The position numbers were made by a program, and so were the translations under genes. Of a stretch of 64,000 bases of DNA, positions 59,766-64,000 are shown one piece after another. Position 1 is the first letter of the stretch. Each line of letters opens with the position of its first letter. Source of the stretch: an uncultured Bacteroidota bacterium (GTDB lineage: Bacteria; Bacteroidota; Bacteroidia; Bacteroidales; GCA-2748055); the NCBI GenBank assembly GCA_963713725.1, contig CAVQMZ010000017.1:37242-101241 (forward strand). The letters are read 5' to 3'. The notes beneath the pieces were generated by a model. That model was not told the DNA's origin, did no database searches, and saw nothing but the letters and a program-made list of their open reading frames with translations.

Positions 59766-60614
59766 ATGCGTAATTACATCGGTGTTGATATTGGCGGAAC
59801 CTCCATGGTAGCCGCAAGGTTTTCTGAAAGTGAAATACTCGACCGCTCGGAAGTAGCCACAGGAGCGGATCGTCAGGCTGACGAGATCATGGAAGCACTG
59901 TTTGGGGCCATTGATAAGGTTCTCACCAGCGAGGTGGTGGGTATTGGGATTGGAATGCCCGGATTTATGGATACTTCGAGCGGTGAAATCCTTCTGATCA
60001 ACAACATCCCTTCTTTCAACGGATTTTCGGTGAAGCAGGCAGTTGAGAAACATTTTAAGCTTCCGGTATTCCAGAATAATGACGCCAACTGTTTTGCCCT
60101 GGGTGAAGCCTGGTTCGGAGCAGGAAAAAAATACACCAATATGGTGGGTGTAACCCTGGGCACCGGGCTTGGGGGAGGAATTATTATCAACCGTAAGATT
60201 CACACCGGTCTGGCCGGTGGTGCAGGCGAACTGGGCTGCTTTTCTTTTCAGGGTGGAATTGTGGAAGACACATGCAGTGCTGCTCTTTTCGCCAACAAAT
60301 ACAAAAAGAGCGGGACTGAACTTTATGAGGCTGCCAAAAAGGGTGAACAGGAAGCCCTGACCGCCTTCGATGAACTGGGTAGAAATATCGGTGAAATGCT
60401 TCGCACGGTTATGTTCATCCTGGCCCCGGAGGCCTTTATCCTGGGGGGATCGGTAACCGGTGGCTGGGAGTTCCTGGAGAAGCCCATCAGGGAAGAAATT
60501 GACAAGTTTCCTGTGGAGCTGATCAGCAAAAAAACGGAACTAAAAAAAGCCCTGCTTGATAATGCAGGATTATATGGTGCCGCCGCACTTTGTATTTCAC
60601 AAATGGAAAAATAG
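59766..60614 (+). CDS. ROK family protein (probable sugar kinase)
   Basis: 282 aa with IGVDIGGTS ATP-binding start, NDANCFALGE and LGTGLGGG. Confidence 0.85.
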   Translation: MRNYIGVDIGGTSMVAARFSESEILDRSEVATGADRQADEIMEALFGAIDKVLTSEVVGIGIGMPGFMDTSSGEILLINNIPSFNGFSVKQAVEKHFKLPVFQNNDANCFALGEAWFGAGKKYTNMVGVTLGTGLGGGIIINRKIHTGLAGGAGELGCFSFQGGIVEDTCSAALFANKYKKSGTELYEAAKKGEQEALTAFDELGRNIGEMLRTVMFILAPEAFILGGSVTGGWEFLEKPIREEIDKFPVELISKKTELKKALLDNAGLYGAAALCISQMEK

Positions 60615-60620
60615 AGCTTC

Positions 60621-61223
60621 ATGATTGTATCCCGGGTTTCCTGCGCAAGAGACAATAATCAGCTCCCAAAAATTGCTCACCCCAACTGGGTAAAAGCCGA
60701 AGGTGTGTCTGTCGCTTTTGACATTCACCATCGTGGCACATCCATCCTGCTCAATTACCTTGTGGAGGAACCCCAGGTCAGAGCTGTCAACACCGACTTC
60801 AATTCATCTGTCTGGGAGGACAGCTGTGTGGAGTTCTTTCTTGCCCTTGAGGGGGACGATAATTACTATAATTTCGAATTTAATGCCATCGGAGCAGTTC
60901 TGGGCGCTTATGGTCCCGACCGGAACAGGAGAAAATGGACAAGCCCTGAAATCCTGGCACTGATTCAGGTGGAGCCCTCCCTGGGCAGAAAGCCAATTGA
61001 AAACATGGAAGGCAATATTAAGTGGGAGCTGGATATCGTCCTGCCCCTTAAGGCACTATGTCATCACGAAATGACAGATATTGCCGGTCAAAAAGCCAGG
61101 GCCAATTTCTATAAATGTGGTGATAAGTTAAAGCAGCCTCATTTCCTTTCCTGGAAACCAGTCCGTACCAGGAAGCCGGATTTCCACCAGCCGGAATATT
61201 TTGGCGATCTGGAGTTCAGCTAA
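60621..61223 (+). CDS. carbohydrate-binding family 9-like / DOMON-like protein (putative)
   Basis: 200 aa. The segment ...WEDSCVEFFL...YYNFEFNAIG... resembles CBM9-like modules. Weak call. Confidence 0.4.
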   Translation: MIVSRVSCARDNNQLPKIAHPNWVKAEGVSVAFDIHHRGTSILLNYLVEEPQVRAVNTDFNSSVWEDSCVEFFLALEGDDNYYNFEFNAIGAVLGAYGPDRNRRKWTSPEILALIQVEPSLGRKPIENMEGNIKWELDIVLPLKALCHHEMTDIAGQKARANFYKCGDKLKQPHFLSWKPVRTRKPDFHQPEYFGDLEFS

Positions 61224-61234
61224 GACAGGCTAGC

Positions 61235-63430
61235 CTAGTTTTTGACCAGCTTCAGGTATTCCGAGAAACCATCGTCTCCGGAAACATTCATCAGGTAAAC
61301 CCCATCGTTCAGATAGCTCAGGTCTTCCAGATCGATATCCCTGGCGCCCGGAAGCGCGCGGTATACTTGTTGATATACCTGCCTTCCGTTTATATCAAAG
61401 AGGCTCAGCTTGTAATCGCCTGAAAGCGGTGAGGCAAACCGAATTCTTGAATGTGAAAGGTCCGAGGGGTTGGGGGTAATGACCATGCTGAGCACAGGCT
61501 GAATAATATTCTGCTCATTACCGGTGATCACGCACTGCCCTCCCCACTGCTCTTCCAGCCAGACAAGACGCTCCGAAACCCAGTTCTGTACAAAATCAAT
61601 CTCCTCTTCATGGGTTTCAGCTACATAAAAATTGGGCCATACATATTCACCCAGTACAGGCCAGCGCTCAAAATTATAATCAATGGAAGCTTCAATCACC
61701 TGCAGACTGCTATCTATGATACTAAAAACGCCTTCTTCGCTTAAGAGATTCTCTGACAGATCCTCCCAGCGACAGTACACTTCGTTGGCAAACCAGGGAT
61801 CATCCATTAACCTTCTCCACCAGTACGGAGTAATAAGTCTGGTGTAAAGCCAGTTATATGTCTCATGCACATCAACACCATAATCGGAATTTCCAAAGGT
61901 CAGGTTGTAGTCCCAGGGCGGACCGGCATGCAGCAAGCCCCCGTCCCTGTCATTGGTTTTATAAAAAAACGCACTCAGCCGATAAGCATCAATATCCTTA
62001 TTAAATTCTTGAAGGAGTATATAATCAACAAAGGATCTGACATCCATATAGGCCCTGTATCCACTGATGGGGTCGGTATAACTCTCACCGGACATCAGTG
62101 CATCCAGATCATTGACCCAGTTCTTGATATAATCTGTCTGAGCCGGAGTTAACTCATCTGAGTCAGGATCTGAATACTCAAAATGCATATATTCCCCCTC
62201 TATAACAGGCCTTACGGGCGAAGTCCAGAATTCATCGGGCTGCAGGTCATTGATCCTGTCAAATTGCAAAATATAACCTCCTGAAATATCAACATCACTC
62301 ACATCCGCTTCAGTAATTTTAGCAATATCCACCCTGTTTTTATCCCGCTTAATCTTTTCGGTCAACACATAGACCCCCTGGTAATCCTCATTCAGATAGA
62401 GGTCCACAAATCTGGTCCTGGGCGCCCAGTGTCCCATTCTCTCATAAACAGCATAGGAAATTACATTCCGGAGCAGGGATTTATCACTGTAGGGCGCATG
62501 CAATACCCAGTCATTTTCCGCAGGCATCCCCAGCAGAGGCACATTATTATTGGTCCCGCTTTCGGTCTGGGTCTCAATGGTAAAAGATTTTTTAGGAAAC
62601 ATCTTGGATGAGGAACCGCGAATTTCAATGGTGATATTCCCATTATATTGATTGAGTGAATCATCAGGATGATTAAGCATGCCCGGACCGTTATCAATCA
62701 CTCCCATTTTTGCAACAATCTCCGGGTCGTCTAATATTTGCCCCCCCTCGGTATCGATGGTCAGTATGGGCAGTGTGCTTGAAAATCTTATGGGTTCGTA
62801 AAACCAATCGGGCAGAGTTTTGAAATAGGTATTTGAATCAGTGATACCCGCATGAAGAAAGGCATTGGAGGAGAGGTCAGAGGAAGTGGCATTCTCATTA
62901 TGCACTTCAATGGCTAAAATATTGTTCCCTTTCACAAGTGTTTCCAGCACTAATCTGTTGACGGGAAAGCGCATGGGTAATTCTCCATTGTACAACCTGG
63001 CCTCGCTGAAGCCATCGGCTGGCTGGTCGAAGCTTGTGGGAGAAAAGGATTCTCCAATGTTAGCCCTGGCAATTTCAGTCCCGTTCAGATAGGCCACAAA
63101 GGCATCGTCATAATCCATATCCAGAAGCAGTGACACTATCACACTGGAGTCGGGGATGGAAAATTTGTAGCGTATATAGACTGAAATGCAAGGATCAATT
63201 TCGGTGGAATCATCGCCATCGCCGTAACCAATTCCCGAGATTCCTTCCGTCCAGCCGGAATCATTATAGGACAGGGTTTTCCAGTCAGCATCAGGTTCAC
63301 TGTCCGGAATCCAGTATAAAACGGAGTCACCTGTTTTGATGATGCTTTCCCAATGGTCAATATTCTGTGCTCCTGCTGCCACCAGGACAAAGATCAAAGC
63401 CAGGGAAAAAAATATTTTAGAAAATTGCAT
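61235..63430 (-). CDS. CotH-family protein with T9SS C-terminal sorting domain
   Basis: ORF 61235-63463; the likely start is MQFSKIFFSLALIFVLVAAGAQN at 63430. The central region is CotH-like (...IEIRGSSS...KKSFTIE...DKSLLRN...). The C-terminus ...LSLFDINGRQVYQQ...GVYLMNV...LKLVKN fits a type A T9SS signal. Confidence 0.7.
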   Translation of the reverse strand: MQFSKIFFSLALIFVLVAAGAQNIDHWESIIKTGDSVLYWIPDSEPDADWKTLSYNDSGWTEGISGIGYGDGDDSTEIDPCISVYIRYKFSIPDSSVIVSLLLDMDYDDAFVAYLNGTEIARANIGESFSPTSFDQPADGFSEARLYNGELPMRFPVNRLVLETLVKGNNILAIEVHNENATSSDLSSNAFLHAGITDSNTYFKTLPDWFYEPIRFSSTLPILTIDTEGGQILDDPEIVAKMGVIDNGPGMLNHPDDSLNQYNGNITIEIRGSSSKMFPKKSFTIETQTESGTNNNVPLLGMPAENDWVLHAPYSDKSLLRNVISYAVYERMGHWAPRTRFVDLYLNEDYQGVYVLTEKIKRDKNRVDIAKITEADVSDVDISGGYILQFDRINDLQPDEFWTSPVRPVIEGEYMHFEYSDPDSDELTPAQTDYIKNWVNDLDALMSGESYTDPISGYRAYMDVRSFVDYILLQEFNKDIDAYRLSAFFYKTNDRDGGLLHAGPPWDYNLTFGNSDYGVDVHETYNWLYTRLITPYWWRRLMDDPWFANEVYCRWEDLSENLLSEEGVFSIIDSSLQVIEASIDYNFERWPVLGEYVWPNFYVAETHEEEIDFVQNWVSERLVWLEEQWGGQCVITGNEQNIIQPVLSMVITPNPSDLSHSRIRFASPLSGDYKLSLFDINGRQVYQQVYRALPGARDIDLEDLSYLNDGVYLMNVSGDDGFSEYLKLVKN

Positions 63431-63553
63431 ATGCTTCAGATAACGACACAGCAAAGATAACATTGTAGAGTTGTGCTTAAAAATACATCTGTCAACAGGC
63501 AGATGGGCTGATCCGGAAATAATGTAACTTTAAAACCCGGACTTTGGTTGCAT

Positions 63554-64000
63554 ATGGAAACGAATACAGAGAAGATTCAATCCGAAAAACTATTTAAGAA
63601 GATCTGCCGCAAGATGGGCACCACCATGCGTGATCATTCCATGCTCGGGGAAGGTGATCGTCTGCTTGTGGGTCTGTCTGGGGGCAAGGACTCTATGATC
63701 CTTTTACAGGCCGTGGCTGAACGCAGGGATGCCCTTCCCTTTGATTTTGTGATTGAAGCTGCTCATATTGAAGCCAGAGGTGTTGGATACCAGATCGACA
63801 GGGAGAAATTAACCGCCTTTTGCGATGCCCTGAAGGTGCCGCTTCACTATCAGATTATTGAACCGGACATTGAGAAGGATCCATCCAAATCGGCCTGTTT
63901 CGTTTGTTCCTGGCACCGACGAAAGGAGCTCTTCAATCTCACCAAAGAGATGCACTTTAATAAGCTGGCCCTGGGGCATCACCGAAACGATGCCACTGAA
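63554..64000 (+). CDS. ttcA: PP-loop ATPase, TtcA-like tRNA thiolation family (5' part; runs off the window)
   Basis: Own translation from ATG 63554: METNTEKIQSEKLFKKICRKM...LLVGLSGGKDSMILL (PP-loop SGGKDS)...CFVCSWHRR...LALGHHRNDA. The frame is open to 64000. Confidence 0.7.
   Translation, partial: METNTEKIQSEKLFKKICRKMGTTMRDHSMLGEGDRLLVGLSGGKDSMILLQAVAERRDALPFDFVIEAAHIEARGVGYQIDREKLTAFCDALKVPLHYQIIEPDIEKDPSKSACFVCSWHRRKELFNLTKEMHFNKLALGHHRNDATE

Noticed and set aside
61227-61236. A perfect 10-bp palindrome AGGCTAGCCT between convergent genes, as a possible bidirectional terminator
   Set aside because: It has no loop, only a 5-bp stem and no flanking U-tract, so it is too weak to call.

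Overview
This 64-kb chromosomal window looks like a Bacteroidota (Bacteroidia-type) genome. Supporting signs are SD-less starts, TAnnTTTG-type -7 boxes, a T9SS C-terminal sorting domain, many CAZymes (GH28, GH88/105, three GH2-like), and TAT-exported Gfo/Idh/MocA and enolase-superfamily enzymes. I saw no rRNA, tRNA, CRISPR array, transposase or integrase. Three things go beyond routine annotation. (1) Two families of short tandem repeats make up whole intergenic spacers inside operons. One is a nearly G-free (C/A)YTAACC family at 13154-13298, 14271-14399, 15780-15969 and 36659-36800; one spacer has 190 nt with no G. The other is a TAAAGTC octamer family, read in the sense of minus-strand genes, at 29403-29464, 34242-34313, 38703-38745, 45764-45790 and 57451-57505. 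(2) A 23.7-kb co-directional minus-strand gene array (46999 down to 23275) may be an undescribed redox system. It holds six paralogous PQQ-like/BamB-like beta-propeller proteins plus one NHL-type propeller, wired to a NapG-like/NapH-like Fe-S pair, a membrane-anchored Cys4 mini-protein and a NuoE/NuoF/ferredoxin-GltD-like (Bfu-type) cytoplasmic module. Its function is unknown. (3) By hand count there are roughly 40 reading-frame breaks. They are strongly clustered in about 14 genes, while about 40 kb of neighbouring genes is intact. This means either selective pseudogenisation or local indel error, and it must be resolved before interpreting the cluster. The window also contains two type II toxin-antitoxin pairs (RES/Xre-type and PIN/DUF6364-like) and a conserved inverted-repeat box shared by two promoters next to a LacI-family regulator. 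All product calls come from reading the translations and recognising motifs; no database search was run.
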